Below, piece after piece: positions 49,497 to 60,722 of a stretch of DNA of 61,911 nt. Origin of the DNA: a virus (lineage: Duplodnaviria > Caudoviricetes); the IMG/VR virus record IMGVR_UViG_3300043464_001367, positions 1 to 61,911 of that record. One strand, given 5' to 3'. Within the stretch, counting starts at the first letter, position 1; the number at the start of each line of letters is the position of its first letter. Under the pieces are notes generated by a model, which was not told the origin of the DNA, ran no database searches, and worked only from the letters and a program-made list of their open reading frames with translations. The translations under genes and the position numbers were made by a program.

Positions 49497-50516
49497 ATGG
49501 GCTTTTTAGATTCACGAACTAGAATTCTTGACACAATCATCACGTTGCAAGGAAGAGGGCAGATAGCTTCTGGCAAACTAAAGGCTGAGTTCTACAGCTT
49601 TACGGATCTTGGGGCATTTTACACACAAGACACCTCAGTAAGCGCAGCTTTGGATGGCACTCGCAGGCCATGTCTGGAAGCGTCAAGTCTTCCTCAAGAC
49701 ATGATAACCTTTGAATCTGATGATTCTGGAAAACTGGTGAACTTTCAAGGTTCCAACATTCTTGTTCGGAATGGTCAGATACTTGAGATTAGTTCTGCCT
49801 TGGAGAGTTCAGGTTCAACAAGAACCTACTCCCCTGTTCAAAGCAACGTGTTTGCAAGCATGGCAGATCAGTTGCTCAGTAGTTCCATGGATTCATATTC
49901 CAACAACTACATCATTGGAAGTCCTGATGTGTTTGAAGAAAACATCAGTTCTTTTGTGGTTGGCAACAACAACATCAACTTTACAGTAAGTGACAACTCA
50001 CCGATTCGTCATTCTGAACAGCAGGTTGCCAACCTGGAGCACATAGACGGGTTGTTTGTGGATTCGAAACTAAGTCACTTGCCCAACTTTCAATACCTTC
50101 CACCAATCAACAAGTATCGCCCAGGCGACAACACAGTTGCTTTGTTGGGCAACTACCCGAACTTAAACCAAAGACGACAGCTAACATATGCTGATGTTGA
50201 AAGATATGTTGAAGAAGCCACGCAGCGAGGATACTCGTCCGAGATAACTTTTGAAGAAACATCAAAGGTTAATAACTTGGTATGTCAGATGTTTGAGGTT
50301 GGAGATGGAGAGGTCGTGAAACTGGACATCATTGACTTTGGTTTGTTTAACTTGACAGGTCAGGATATCTCTCTGTCTGAGAGGCTTCGTCAAAACAAAG
50401 ACCCAAGAAAGCCTCCAACACTCAGCAAACATGTGTTCTTTGTTGGAAAAGTGTTCACTGACAGCAGCAAGGTGAACAAGTTTGTTAATCTTTTCACGAT
50501 TGTTTTTGAGGGATAA
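49497..50516 (+). CDS. Tail/baseplate structural protein, paralogue of 58811-59530
   Basis: MGFLDSRTRILDTIITLQGRGQIA; TACTTA at 49486-49491. Confidence 0.7.
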   Translation: MGFLDSRTRILDTIITLQGRGQIASGKLKAEFYSFTDLGAFYTQDTSVSAALDGTRRPCLEASSLPQDMITFESDDSGKLVNFQGSNILVRNGQILEISSALESSGSTRTYSPVQSNVFASMADQLLSSSMDSYSNNYIIGSPDVFEENISSFVVGNNNINFTVSDNSPIRHSEQQVANLEHIDGLFVDSKLSHLPNFQYLPPINKYRPGDNTVALLGNYPNLNQRRQLTYADVERYVEEATQRGYSSEITFEETSKVNNLVCQMFEVGDGEVVKLDIIDFGLFNLTGQDISLSERLRQNKDPRKPPTLSKHVFFVGKVFTDSSKVNKFVNLFTIVFEG

Positions 50517-50520
50517 AGTT

Positions 50521-53040
50521 ATGCGAATCAACATTGAACATCAATCTGGAATTCTTAGTTTGCCAGATGATCCAGCAACCCTGGAAGACATAACAAAGAA
50601 AGGGAAGTACAGATACTCTCTCAGATACAAGGTGGATGTTGCAAAGGCACTGCGTAACCACGCCATGATAGTGAAGATCACAGCTTCCACGTCATCTCCA
50701 GATGTTCAGAATCCGCCAAGCCTTGCAAGGATGAGCACAAGCGGAATTGTTCAGAACTTGCTTTTTCGACAGATTCAGCAAGTGGAAGTAAACAGAGCGT
50801 ATTCTCAGAACCATGTTGGAGTTGTTGTTTCTGACATAACAGCCGTCATCCCAAATGACAAAGTAAAGAACCTGCAATCTGAAAACAGTTTCATGTTTCA
50901 AGAAGCAAGGTTTGACCTTGTGAGGGCATCAGACCTAACTCGCAGGAACGTCTCTCAGCCAATTCTTCAGATGCCTCTCTTTCAACCGCTTCTTGCTGAT
51001 GTTGCACCCGCCACGTCAACACAAGAAAACAGTTTTGATCTCCTGCTTCGCCACGGAATTGACCCAAGCACAGCAGCCAACAGAACATCCCTCTATGCTG
51101 ACACAGAAAGGGTCCATGCGGGCATTCTTCAGCGCCCAACGGGCGTTGCCTCAGCCGTGCTGCAAGGCGCCGGGAATGGCTCTGTGCGGCCTTCCTTTGG
51201 CTTGTTGAGTGCAGTGGTTGGACCTCGCTCTGTTAGGCCATCTGATCAGACGGGTCTTGCCAACAATGACTTTGCTCACGTTCCAACACTGGAGCAGACA
51301 AACACAAAAACGATTGAAGAAGAGATGTTTCTCAACATCTCTGATCTTGGCGATCAGTTCTATCTTGTTTTCTCTCTGCAAACAACCTCTGGTGTGGAGA
51401 TAGAGCGTGTTACAACACTGGTCAAGCACTCAAGAAATGTTGCGGCGTTTACAACTCCGATAGTCCCACCACAGTTTTCAGCATCAACACTGAATGGCTA
51501 CAATCGCCTGGAGATCAAGCAACTAGATCCAAACGCTGCTGGCATTTACATCTACCGTCGTTTCATAGAAACACACACTGCCATTACTGATGCTTCGTAT
51601 GTGCAGGTTGCTAAACTAGCATTACGTCCACAAGACGGAACCAAGTGGTATACGGATGCAAATCCAAGTATGCGTCCAACGATTTATAGAGTTGTTGCTT
51701 ACAATCAATCAGAGTTGAAGTCTCACGAGTTTTCCTCGGTTGTTGTAAACCCTTCTGTGAAGTTTCTTGGTGTTAAGACAACTGCTCGCCCAAAACGGTT
51801 GTTTGTGTCATTGACACCAACCGTTGTTGGTAAGAATGTCCAACTGGAAATAAACGATATTCCATCCGGGGTTCTAGCACTAAGGGTTTATCGAAGGGAT
51901 CTCAGTCGCCAGCAACGTCTTGAAGAATCAATCCGGGTTGGCAACACTGTGTATCTTCTGGTGTCGTCCAATCAGGGTTCACGTTACTTTGTAACAGACA
52001 CTTCTCCGGTTGAAGGAAGAGTGTATGAATACGCTGCGTTGTTGGTGTTTAAAGACGGAACAGAGCTATGGTCTTCACTACCAACAACGATTCAGTTTGA
52101 TTCGGTATCAAACAACATCATTCAAACTACATCAAGTCCTATTCAAGCAGTCAACACTGGAAATGACCTTGACATACAGTTCACACTCAGTTCGACCATC
52201 GTGGAGACTCAACTTGATCGAATCAAGAATGCCATGGAACAGCAGGGGCTTCTTGGTTTCTTTCAAGACGACATAACACAGAACAGAGAGCAGTTGCAAA
52301 ATCTGATTGCTTATCATGTGATCAGAACTGATGTCACAACAGGTGAGCGATCAGACATGGGAGTGTTTATCGGAACAAAGTTTTCTGATCGAACAGTCGG
52401 GAAAAACACAAGCACTCCCGCGCCACAAGAAGGCCATGTGTATGACTACACCATCAACACTCACTTCAGAAGTGCTGAGAGTTTGATTCCAACTTACACA
52501 AAAACCATCACAAGCCCAATCAACTCATTTCTTGATTACACCTACAAACCTTCCAAGTGGCTGCACCCAGTAACACTAACAGAAGGAAGTTTGGTGTCAA
52601 CTCCAAGCCTGAGAAGAAACCACGCAAACACAGAGTTTACCTTTGGTGGCATTGGAGACATCTTGCAGTTAAGAATGGATCTGTCCACATCACCCGCATT
52701 CATCTATGATGCAATCGCCAAAACATTTGGGAAAAACAAGGTGTTGATCCAATGGAGTCTGAAAGGCTCCATCAAGAAAATTGATCATTTCATAGTTACA
52801 AAAGAAGAAATGGGAATGAAGACTGTTGTGGGTAAAACCCACGCCATGTCTGATACAAACTTGCAGTTTATTGATACCGCTTACTCGACAAACACAAGCG
52901 CAAACCCAGCAACGAACAAAACCATGCAAAAAACAGCATTGGAAACTGCTGTGACATACTACATCACACCAGTGTTTTTTGACTACACTCATGGACCCAG
53001 CATTAAAACACCACAGACAATAACAAGGAAGATAGGGTAA
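50521..53040 (+). CDS. Large structural protein with Ig/FN3-like repeats
   Basis: Repeated Y-x-Y-RR..D..Y-x-Y beta-sandwich patterns. Confidence 0.65.
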   Translation: MRINIEHQSGILSLPDDPATLEDITKKGKYRYSLRYKVDVAKALRNHAMIVKITASTSSPDVQNPPSLARMSTSGIVQNLLFRQIQQVEVNRAYSQNHVGVVVSDITAVIPNDKVKNLQSENSFMFQEARFDLVRASDLTRRNVSQPILQMPLFQPLLADVAPATSTQENSFDLLLRHGIDPSTAANRTSLYADTERVHAGILQRPTGVASAVLQGAGNGSVRPSFGLLSAVVGPRSVRPSDQTGLANNDFAHVPTLEQTNTKTIEEEMFLNISDLGDQFYLVFSLQTTSGVEIERVTTLVKHSRNVAAFTTPIVPPQFSASTLNGYNRLEIKQLDPNAAGIYIYRRFIETHTAITDASYVQVAKLALRPQDGTKWYTDANPSMRPTIYRVVAYNQSELKSHEFSSVVVNPSVKFLGVKTTARPKRLFVSLTPTVVGKNVQLEINDIPSGVLALRVYRRDLSRQQRLEESIRVGNTVYLLVSSNQGSRYFVTDTSPVEGRVYEYAALLVFKDGTELWSSLPTTIQFDSVSNNIIQTTSSPIQAVNTGNDLDIQFTLSSTIVETQLDRIKNAMEQQGLLGFFQDDITQNREQLQNLIAYHVIRTDVTTGERSDMGVFIGTKFSDRTVGKNTSTPAPQEGHVYDYTINTHFRSAESLIPTYTKTITSPINSFLDYTYKPSKWLHPVTLTEGSLVSTPSLRRNHANTEFTFGGIGDILQLRMDLSTSPAFIYDAIAKTFGKNKVLIQWSLKGSIKKIDHFIVTKEEMGMKTVVGKTHAMSDTNLQFIDTAYSTNTSANPATNKTMQKTALETAVTYYITPVFFDYTHGPSIKTPQTITRKIG

Positions 53041-56000
53041 TGGGAAGAAGAACAACCAACACAACAGGAATTGGAGTACGGAATGGAACAGCACAGCTTG
53101 GTGGCATGTCCATGCAGCCAATTCCTTTTGTGCTTCCAGCAACATACCCAGTTGGAAGACCAACAAGTCCTGTTACAGCAGTTGTGGCTCCTTCTGATGT
53201 GGCTGATGCGCTGACGGCCGGACGCACTCCATCACTTCTACTTCCAGTTAGTAATGTGGTGAATGGAATCATGGGCGAAGCTGTGCGAGAACTGTTTCCA
53301 GCCCGTTTAATGTCCCTTCAGTATCAACCTGCTTCTGACAGTCCTGGTCTTAGGATTGTTCAGGCACAACTCAGCACTCAGAGATCTCTTAATGACGAAA
53401 CTCTGTCACTGGCTGAGTTGACCGTTGAGAACAGTCAGTTTCAACCTGTTGGTCCAAATGGAATAAACAAACTAAGACCAGAGATCATCAGCTTGATGGA
53501 CTATGAACCAATCTATTATGGCAACTCATCAACACTGAATGACGTTGGTGTGTTGATGGATGTTCAATATCAAGCTCGCAACCTCAGAGAACAAACCTTT
53601 TTGCAGTTGATGAGAGGTATTCAGCAGAGCGATCAGAATCAACAGCTTCAATCCATTCAGAATGAGTTTGCAACAAGTTTTCAACGAATCAACTCATCAG
53701 CCAACTTCTACCAAAACACCATTGCTGCCTTGGAATCAGCAAAGAATGGGTTTGACTTGAAAACAATACCTCCAGGGTTGTTTGATCTTCAGAACTTTCG
53801 TTCTTTGGCGGATTTCTATGAGACTTACATGTTGTTTCCAAGATCTGCCATGGAGAAGTTCTCTGGAACAAAGATCTTGATGCAGTTTCTTTTTGACATG
53901 AGAAGCATCGCAGAGGGTTACTCAATGAACCTTCTTAACTTGAATGACCCTGACAGACAACCAAACGGCAGTGCCTTCAACAGCCCTGTTGCTATTGATA
54001 GAACATACAACAGCAGGAATGGGTTTTCGTTCACCTACGAAACGATCAAGTCTTTCAACCACCCGATCAACGCATCAGAAAACCAGTTCTTTTCAAGATT
54101 CATCACTTCACTGCCTCAGTCTCCTGATGACAGGGTTAAGGTTCTCATCAACATGTTGTCAAAAGAACTAAGAGTCTCCAGAGGGCTGGGACGAAGCCAA
54201 GTGGTTGCTGATCTTCGCCAGAAGTTTGGAGCAACCACCTCTGATGGTTCACCATTTGACAACTTGATCGGTGGTGTTGGGTCAAGCATATTTGAAAAAG
54301 TAACAGGCCCAGGCAGCTTGGCTAGTTTGGCTGTGATCAATGATGTTGCTGGGTCAGCAGTTCTTCCGTTTGAAACAAAATACATTGACATCAGCAACAC
54401 AAGAAAGGTTTATATCCCAGGTGGATCTTACTTTGTGGATTCAATCGTCAATGTGGCTGGATTGAATTCTTTCAACCTGACACCACTGAGAAACTACATT
54501 GAGACTTTCTCAAAAACCACTGATGACGTTGTAGCAGTTGCCACAAACCTGTTTGATTACAGTGAAGATGTTTCAAGTCTAAGTCCTGGCGAAGTGTTCA
54601 AACAACTACTTCAAGGCATCTCAAATGCCTGCACTTACTTGATGTCGAACACACAAAGAAGAGGGCTGGAGATAAGCACTGCGGAGGCTGCAACAGCAGC
54701 CATCTTCAGGCTTGCTGCATCAGATCCAAGATTGAAATCCATGCTGTTTCAATACACCTTGCTCAACTTGCTGGCGCGGTCTAGTGGCAGGTTTTTCAGC
54801 AACTCTGTTGTGGAGGAGTTGGACAACAACATCGCAAATCTAAGCGATGTCACAGTGAACAACGACTTTCCTCTACCAGACCTGAATCAAAGAGGATCTG
54901 TTCAGCCATTCTTGACGGCTCTTGGTAACTCGATTCAAGCCAGGGTAGCTGAACTTGTCAACCAGCAAACATCGAATGGTGCAAACAATGCCCAGGCTCG
55001 TGACAGAGAGGATGGTCGTGCTGATGGAAAGATGCTGATTGGCTTTGATACTGACATCAGGTTTGGTATTCCATCGGCATTGAGTCAGAGTCGGTTCCTG
55101 ACGAACTTCAACAGGTTTGTAACTGGGATTGAAAACAATCTTGGAAACGAGATCAACAACATCTTGGATGGAACCAAGAAAACAAGGTTCAACTCTCTTT
55201 CTGTCACGGCGCTTCTCTTGATGGTGTTTGAGTCCTATTCCAGCTTGATCTCTCGTTATGTCAAAGTGGATTTCCAAGCATCTTCTTTTCGACAAAACCT
55301 GCCAGATATGATTGTTGATACCAACTTCAATGCACACATGCACGATTCCATTGAAGATATCATCCTAGAGCCAGGTCGTTCTTTGCCGGTAATTCAATCG
55401 GATGCTGGGATGGACAATCTCAAGCCTGGAGATCTGAGAAGAGAGCAAACACAGAGAGGTCCAAGAAATTCAAGGACGATTGCATCGGACTTCACATACA
55501 ACCAGATCAGAGATGCTGCTCAAGAAACAGGCGGTGACACTGGTGACGTTTATCTTGGTTTGATGGAGAATGAATCCATCTTGGCAGGGCCGCGCGCAAC
55601 GGCTGGTTCAAGGCACACCAGAGCCACTCAGTTGGCAAGAAGACGGGTAAGCAGAAGAGTTCCTTCCCAAGACCTGATTGATGCTCAGACGATGGATCGG
55701 AGTCTGGATTCCATCATGTCTAAACTAGAACAAGAAGATTTTGCAATTGCATGTGCGTTGCACATACTTCTTGTAATAAAACAAAGGTTGAAGTCAACGC
55801 TTGATGTAACAACGAACTACTTCAGTCAACAAACGCTGGATAGCTTTCTTAGTGTCAACGGAACCAACATCTCTGATATTGGGAAAAACCTAACGATTGC
55901 GCAAGTTAGACTCTTGCTTCGTCAGAGAGACTCTTACGTCAAGAATCTTACCTCAAACACCAACCAACTTCAGTTCATTCCCATCTCTCCAACTGACTTG

Positions 56001-57035
56001 AACACAAGAAACGTCATTCTGAGTTTGTTGAAGTTGGCTCAATACAGAGATGTCTCGGATGCTCGTGTTCGTTACAAACTCCTAACTGTTGGAGTTCCTT
56101 CTGGGTTCTCAAAAAACCTTGTTGAACGACTGAATGGTTCCAGTATTAACTCGGCAAACTTTCAACAGAATAAAGACTTCGATCTTGTTTACGTCAAAGT
56201 TTACAAGCGCAGCATTGAATTCCCACAAATCATTTTCAAACCAAGAAAGTACATGTTTGATCTCTCTCTGTTTTCAAACAACTACGCCAATCTGGACATT
56301 TCTCCTTCTGAGAACTTCGATAATGTCTTGGGAAGAATCTCTTTGGTTGACTATCAGAACCCAACAGCACCGACCGAGATCACGATGGAAAACATCACTA
56401 CCAGCAACAGGTACTCGTTGATTCCAACAACTGCTGGCAGACAACAGATGTTTAAAAACCATGTCTTGAGTGATGTTTTTACAGCTTACATGCAATCGCT
56501 AACTGGAATGAAGATGACAGAAACCTCTTTCGTCAACACAACCAGTGACACCTGGAAGAGATTGATGCGCAACACAACCAGTGCTGATCTTTCACCACAG
56601 TTCGCAGAACTTGCTCGACGTTATCTTATTTCACAAAGAACAAACGAGATACGCAACAACCCTGCTTTGCGCCCTTTGCCGGATGTTTCCATTCAGGACA
56701 TGGCGATTAGCCCAAACGTGGATCAAGGAACAAAAGATACACTAAAGCTTTTGAGCTTTGGCAATGTCGCATTCAAACTGGGGAACGCCTTGGCAGAAAT
56801 GCTGTCTCCAAAGCTTTTTGAAAGGGTTTTCACGATCCCACTGAATGTTGATGAGTTTGAAATTGATTATGAGGCTACGACTTCCACCGAAAACGGAAGA
56901 GAGTTTTTCCAAAAAGACTTCATACAAGATCGACTTGACAGATCAATGCCAGATGGCGTTTTCAAGTTCAAGAACAGAACATCCAGAGATGTTGTTCTGG
57001 AAGACTTCTTTGTAACCATGGAGCTAGTAGGCTGA
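53040..57035 (+). CDS. Large hypothetical virion protein (1331 aa)
   Basis: TAATG overlap; tail module context. Confidence 0.7.
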   Translation: MGRRTTNTTGIGVRNGTAQLGGMSMQPIPFVLPATYPVGRPTSPVTAVVAPSDVADALTAGRTPSLLLPVSNVVNGIMGEAVRELFPARLMSLQYQPASDSPGLRIVQAQLSTQRSLNDETLSLAELTVENSQFQPVGPNGINKLRPEIISLMDYEPIYYGNSSTLNDVGVLMDVQYQARNLREQTFLQLMRGIQQSDQNQQLQSIQNEFATSFQRINSSANFYQNTIAALESAKNGFDLKTIPPGLFDLQNFRSLADFYETYMLFPRSAMEKFSGTKILMQFLFDMRSIAEGYSMNLLNLNDPDRQPNGSAFNSPVAIDRTYNSRNGFSFTYETIKSFNHPINASENQFFSRFITSLPQSPDDRVKVLINMLSKELRVSRGLGRSQVVADLRQKFGATTSDGSPFDNLIGGVGSSIFEKVTGPGSLASLAVINDVAGSAVLPFETKYIDISNTRKVYIPGGSYFVDSIVNVAGLNSFNLTPLRNYIETFSKTTDDVVAVATNLFDYSEDVSSLSPGEVFKQLLQGISNACTYLMSNTQRRGLEISTAEAATAAIFRLAASDPRLKSMLFQYTLLNLLARSSGRFFSNSVVEELDNNIANLSDVTVNNDFPLPDLNQRGSVQPFLTALGNSIQARVAELVNQQTSNGANNAQARDREDGRADGKMLIGFDTDIRFGIPSALSQSRFLTNFNRFVTGIENNLGNEINNILDGTKKTRFNSLSVTALLLMVFESYSSLISRYVKVDFQASSFRQNLPDMIVDTNFNAHMHDSIEDIILEPGRSLPVIQSDAGMDNLKPGDLRREQTQRGPRNSRTIASDFTYNQIRDAAQETGGDTGDVYLGLMENESILAGPRATAGSRHTRATQLARRRVSRRVPSQDLIDAQTMDRSLDSIMSKLEQEDFAIACALHILLVIKQRLKSTLDVTTNYFSQQTLDSFLSVNGTNISDIGKNLTIAQVRLLLRQRDSYVKNLTSNTNQLQFIPISPTDLNTRNVILSLLKLAQYRDVSDARVRYKLLTVGVPSGFSKNLVERLNGSSINSANFQQNKDFDLVYVKVYKRSIEFPQIIFKPRKYMFDLSLFSNNYANLDISPSENFDNVLGRISLVDYQNPTAPTEITMENITTSNRYSLIPTTAGRQQMFKNHVLSDVFTAYMQSLTGMKMTETSFVNTTSDTWKRLMRNTTSADLSPQFAELARRYLISQRTNEIRNNPALRPLPDVSIQDMAISPNVDQGTKDTLKLLSFGNVAFKLGNALAEMLSPKLFERVFTIPLNVDEFEIDYEATTSTENGREFFQKDFIQDRLDRSMPDGVFKFKNRTSRDVVLEDFFVTMELVG

Positions 57036-57037
57036 AT

Positions 57038-58798
57038 ATGAGCGTTGAATCCTTACCATCAAAAAATGCTGCAATTCTAGACGTTCCAGAGGTTGAGTTG
57101 TTTCAAACGGAATTCCAATATCGTTATTGGACTTTTGATGAATACGAAAACGGGAATGGTTCCATTGCTGCGACAAATCAAGAGATCGCATCGGAAACGT
57201 TTGATGCAAGTTATGTCAACCGAACAAGAAAGATTCCAAGACTTGTTCGGTTGACCTGGCAACCAGTCATCTTGAACAGAGATGACTCTGATCAGAGAAA
57301 CAGCATTCAAATAAAAGACTACTACAACAAGCTTCATAGCGAAGAGACGTTCACAAGCAACGACTTTACGACTTTTCAATACCAAGACTCAGGTGCGGAT
57401 CTTAGATTGAAGTTCTTTGTGGACAGGTTTGCAAACCTGCTCCCAGATCTTGGAAATGCAAATTCATCTGATGAAGTGGTTGAGTTGATCAACAGCAGAA
57501 CTTCTGACCAGATCACAGCCAAGTTTCTTTCTGAGGTTGTTGCAAACTTGCGCCAACAAGGAGTGGTTTTCTCGAATCGTTCTGATGTTGCAAACATGAC
57601 ATTGCAGCGTTTGCAGAACGTTGTTCTTAATGCAAGGATCAACAATCGCTTGTTGATGTCGGTTGCAAAAACCGTCAAAGAAGATTCAATTGGTGTTTTT
57701 TCTGACGAGCTATCATCCAGCACGTTTACATCAACCATCAAGTCGATTCAAGACGCTGCTATATCAAACGCAAACGCAAACCTTTTAAACCCTCTGGACT
57801 ATGACTTTGAGGTTTTGTCATACGTTGGTTATCGGCCTGTTGACACCAATGGCTATAAACCATCAGTTCAATCGCTTGGATATGTGATCGAAAAAAGAGA
57901 AACAAGATCGGATGGAAGCCAAGAACAGCATCCACCAATTTTTGTTGAGAACTCATTTGTCAGCACAACTTACGATCCTCAAGTTCGTTACAACTCCGTG
58001 TATTACTACAAAATCAGAGGGGTTTATCTTATCGAGGTTAGAGCGGTTGATGACAACACAAAACAGAACCTCTTGGTTTCATTCTTGGTTGGATCAAAGT
58101 TCTCACCAGAAAGAAAAACAACAACCGTGGAGTTTGTTCCTCCCCCACCACCAGCAGACTTCAATGTTGCTTGGGACTATGGTGAACGAGCATTGCGTTG
58201 CACATGGAACCTGCCAAACAACCCACAGCAAGACATCAAGTACATCCAGCTTTTTCGCAGGAAAAGCATTGCTGACCCATTCCAGCTTATCAGGATGTGG
58301 GATTTCAATGACACACAAACTCGCATACAACTGAGCGAGTATCCATTTCCTGAGCTAGTGGAACGCACGGAGTCGTTTGTTGGGATATATCTTGACAGAG
58401 ACTTTGGAAAAGACTCCAACTACATCTATGCGGTTGCCGCAGTTGATGCACACGGTCTTTGTTCGAACTACTCAATGCAGTTGCAAGCAAGTTTTGATAG
58501 GTTTGAAAACAAACTCGTCAAGAAACTCATCTCTGTTTCTGGCGCTCCTAAGCAGTATCCAAATGCTTATCTGAACGCAGATACCTTCGTGGATACAATC
58601 AAGGATTCAGGACACACAAGTATACGAGTTGTTTTTAATCCTGACTTCATCAGGGTTCTTGATGGAAACGGTGCTGACCTCAAGTTGTTAAAAACAGACA
58701 GGTCGGGATCAAAGTATAGGCTTCAGTTGATCAACATTGACCTTCAATCTCAACAGAATGTTGATATCACGTTACAAGATTCACGTCCAACTAATTAA
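57038..58798 (+). CDS. Structural protein with FN3-like domains
   Basis: GYVIEK..YYYKIR, PPPPAD..W..QLFRR..YIYAVAAVDAHGL. Confidence 0.65.
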   Translation: MSVESLPSKNAAILDVPEVELFQTEFQYRYWTFDEYENGNGSIAATNQEIASETFDASYVNRTRKIPRLVRLTWQPVILNRDDSDQRNSIQIKDYYNKLHSEETFTSNDFTTFQYQDSGADLRLKFFVDRFANLLPDLGNANSSDEVVELINSRTSDQITAKFLSEVVANLRQQGVVFSNRSDVANMTLQRLQNVVLNARINNRLLMSVAKTVKEDSIGVFSDELSSSTFTSTIKSIQDAAISNANANLLNPLDYDFEVLSYVGYRPVDTNGYKPSVQSLGYVIEKRETRSDGSQEQHPPIFVENSFVSTTYDPQVRYNSVYYYKIRGVYLIEVRAVDDNTKQNLLVSFLVGSKFSPERKTTTVEFVPPPPPADFNVAWDYGERALRCTWNLPNNPQQDIKYIQLFRRKSIADPFQLIRMWDFNDTQTRIQLSEYPFPELVERTESFVGIYLDRDFGKDSNYIYAVAAVDAHGLCSNYSMQLQASFDRFENKLVKKLISVSGAPKQYPNAYLNADTFVDTIKDSGHTSIRVVFNPDFIRVLDGNGADLKLLKTDRSGSKYRLQLINIDLQSQQNVDITLQDSRPTN

Positions 58799-58810
58799 GG
58801 TGGAGGCAAA

Positions 58811-59530
58811 ATGGGCTTTCTGCAACAAGACACAAATAATATCATTCTCGATGCTGTACTAACTGATACCGGAAGACAGCTTCTTGCAAGAAATGATGGA
58901 AGTTTTTCAATCATCAAGTTTGCTCCAGGCGATGATGAGATTGACTACACCCTGATTCAGAAGTTTGGAAGAACTTCTGGACAGGAGAAGATTGAAAAGA
59001 ACACGCCAATATTTGAGGCTTTGACTAACGGAGCATATTCTCAGAAGAATCGCTGCATCTCTTTGTCAAATCCCAATCTGATTCGACTTCCAAACCTTTC
59101 TTTGGCTGGAGGGTTGGGTGTTGATTCTACCAGCAACACCGTGGCAATCGGAACAACAACGAACAAGACAAGACAGCTAACGATTCAGCAGTCTATTGGT
59201 GGTGGTGAGACATCAATTGATGTCGAGTTGAGAGATCAGGCTTTCATTGTCAGTTTGGACAACAGGTTTCTTCAGGTTCTTTCAAGAGCAGCAGACAACA
59301 TTGATGTCCAGCAGCGAGCAACCTACATCCTGTCAAGAGACACCACGGAAAACTCTGTTGGAGGATCTCAGGTAACTTTCACGGTTGGTGTTAAGGCCAT
59401 CACAGAAGCACAGTTTCAGATCTATGGCGCTAGATACAACAAGAACTTGATCTCTACGTTTGTTAGAGTTTCAGGAGTTCAATCCGGTGCGGTAAAAGAG
59501 TTTGAAGTTCAGATTAACAAGTTGGGATAA
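58811..59530 (+). CDS. Tail/baseplate structural protein
   Basis: MGFLQQDTNNIILDAVLTDTGRQLLA..KFAPGDDEIDY; TAATTA (58792-58797) and GGAGG RBS. Confidence 0.7.
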   Translation: MGFLQQDTNNIILDAVLTDTGRQLLARNDGSFSIIKFAPGDDEIDYTLIQKFGRTSGQEKIEKNTPIFEALTNGAYSQKNRCISLSNPNLIRLPNLSLAGGLGVDSTSNTVAIGTTTNKTRQLTIQQSIGGGETSIDVELRDQAFIVSLDNRFLQVLSRAADNIDVQQRATYILSRDTTENSVGGSQVTFTVGVKAITEAQFQIYGARYNKNLISTFVRVSGVQSGAVKEFEVQINKLG

Positions 59531-59539
59531 TAAGCAGTC

Positions 59540-60685
59540 ATGGCAACATTCAAAGAGTTTGGCGCAGAAGACATTAAGACATCTCGTTCATTTTTGAACC
59601 AGTTGGTTGACGTTATTCAAGAAGACATTTCTGGTTCTGCTACACGCAGAAAGTATCAAGTGTTTGTAACTGGTGGTTTGGGGCCAGGGGTTACAAGCTC
59701 CTTGTTTCAAACCGTGTTTGATCAAGACTTTACCCTTCAGACAGCCAACCCTGTGTTTGACATGACAATTGGCTTGCATGTCAACAGTGATGTTGTATCT
59801 GGTGCTTCGCCAACAATTGACGGAAATGGAAAATACACCTTCCCATCTCAGTCGATGATGATGAGAGAGAAGATTGACATCTATCGCCAGATGGCTGGCG
59901 CACTTCTTGGTGATGCAACAGAGCAGTTTAGCTTTGTCTCAGGTTCGACAACAAACGCGATCAACGAAGCTTTGTTTATCTGCTTCAAACGCTTGTTCTC
60001 TAGAGATCAGATAAAGCGTGAAACCTTTGCCATTCAGTTGTTTCAAACTGGAAGCACACTGACAACCGCAGCAACCGGCGCGGTTATCTTCACAGATCTT
60101 AGTTCGTCTGTGAACAAAGATCTGAGTTTTGGCGGACAAGTCTCGGTAATCCTGAACTCCTCAGACACAAGCAAACAAGTTGGTTTGTTGTTCATTGACC
60201 GTGGCGTGGCTGTGTTGGACATGTCAAAGGTGTTCTCTGCTCAGGGAGGCACTGCTCCATTAACTGGGTCTATCAACTCAATCAGCACTTCGGGTTACAC
60301 GCCGTTCACTGGTTCGTTCAACCAGTTCCTAGCCAGTGCTTCGATTGACAACATCGTTGATCACATTGCAACCACAAGGTTCTCAGGGTCATCGCAAACT
60401 GCGATGACTTTTCAAAACCTGACCAACATCAACTCAACGCTTTTCTTCTGTAGATTGGCTGCTGATGAATTCAACTACTCATCCAACCCAACTTACACCG
60501 ACTCATCAAACAGGATCGTTGTGATTGATGAAGGTCAAGAAGAAACACAGAGAAGTTTCACCTTTGTTTCATCCATCGGCCTTTATGACGCACTTGACAA
60601 CCTGTTGGGAGTTGCCAAGCTCTCAAGACCCGTTCTGAAAAACGACGAGAGAGACATTACATTCAAAGTTAGATTTGACTTTTGA
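59540..60685 (+). CDS. Tail/baseplate fibre-attachment-like protein
   Basis: EFNYSSNPTY, IGLYDALDNLLGVAKLSRP motif. Confidence 0.7.
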   Translation: MATFKEFGAEDIKTSRSFLNQLVDVIQEDISGSATRRKYQVFVTGGLGPGVTSSLFQTVFDQDFTLQTANPVFDMTIGLHVNSDVVSGASPTIDGNGKYTFPSQSMMMREKIDIYRQMAGALLGDATEQFSFVSGSTTNAINEALFICFKRLFSRDQIKRETFAIQLFQTGSTLTTAATGAVIFTDLSSSVNKDLSFGGQVSVILNSSDTSKQVGLLFIDRGVAVLDMSKVFSAQGGTAPLTGSINSISTSGYTPFTGSFNQFLASASIDNIVDHIATTRFSGSSQTAMTFQNLTNINSTLFFCRLAADEFNYSSNPTYTDSSNRIVVIDEGQEETQRSFTFVSSIGLYDALDNLLGVAKLSRPVLKNDERDITFKVRFDF

Positions 60686-60722
60686 TGTTTTCTTGCAGTG
60701 TTTACTTACAAAGTAACAACAC

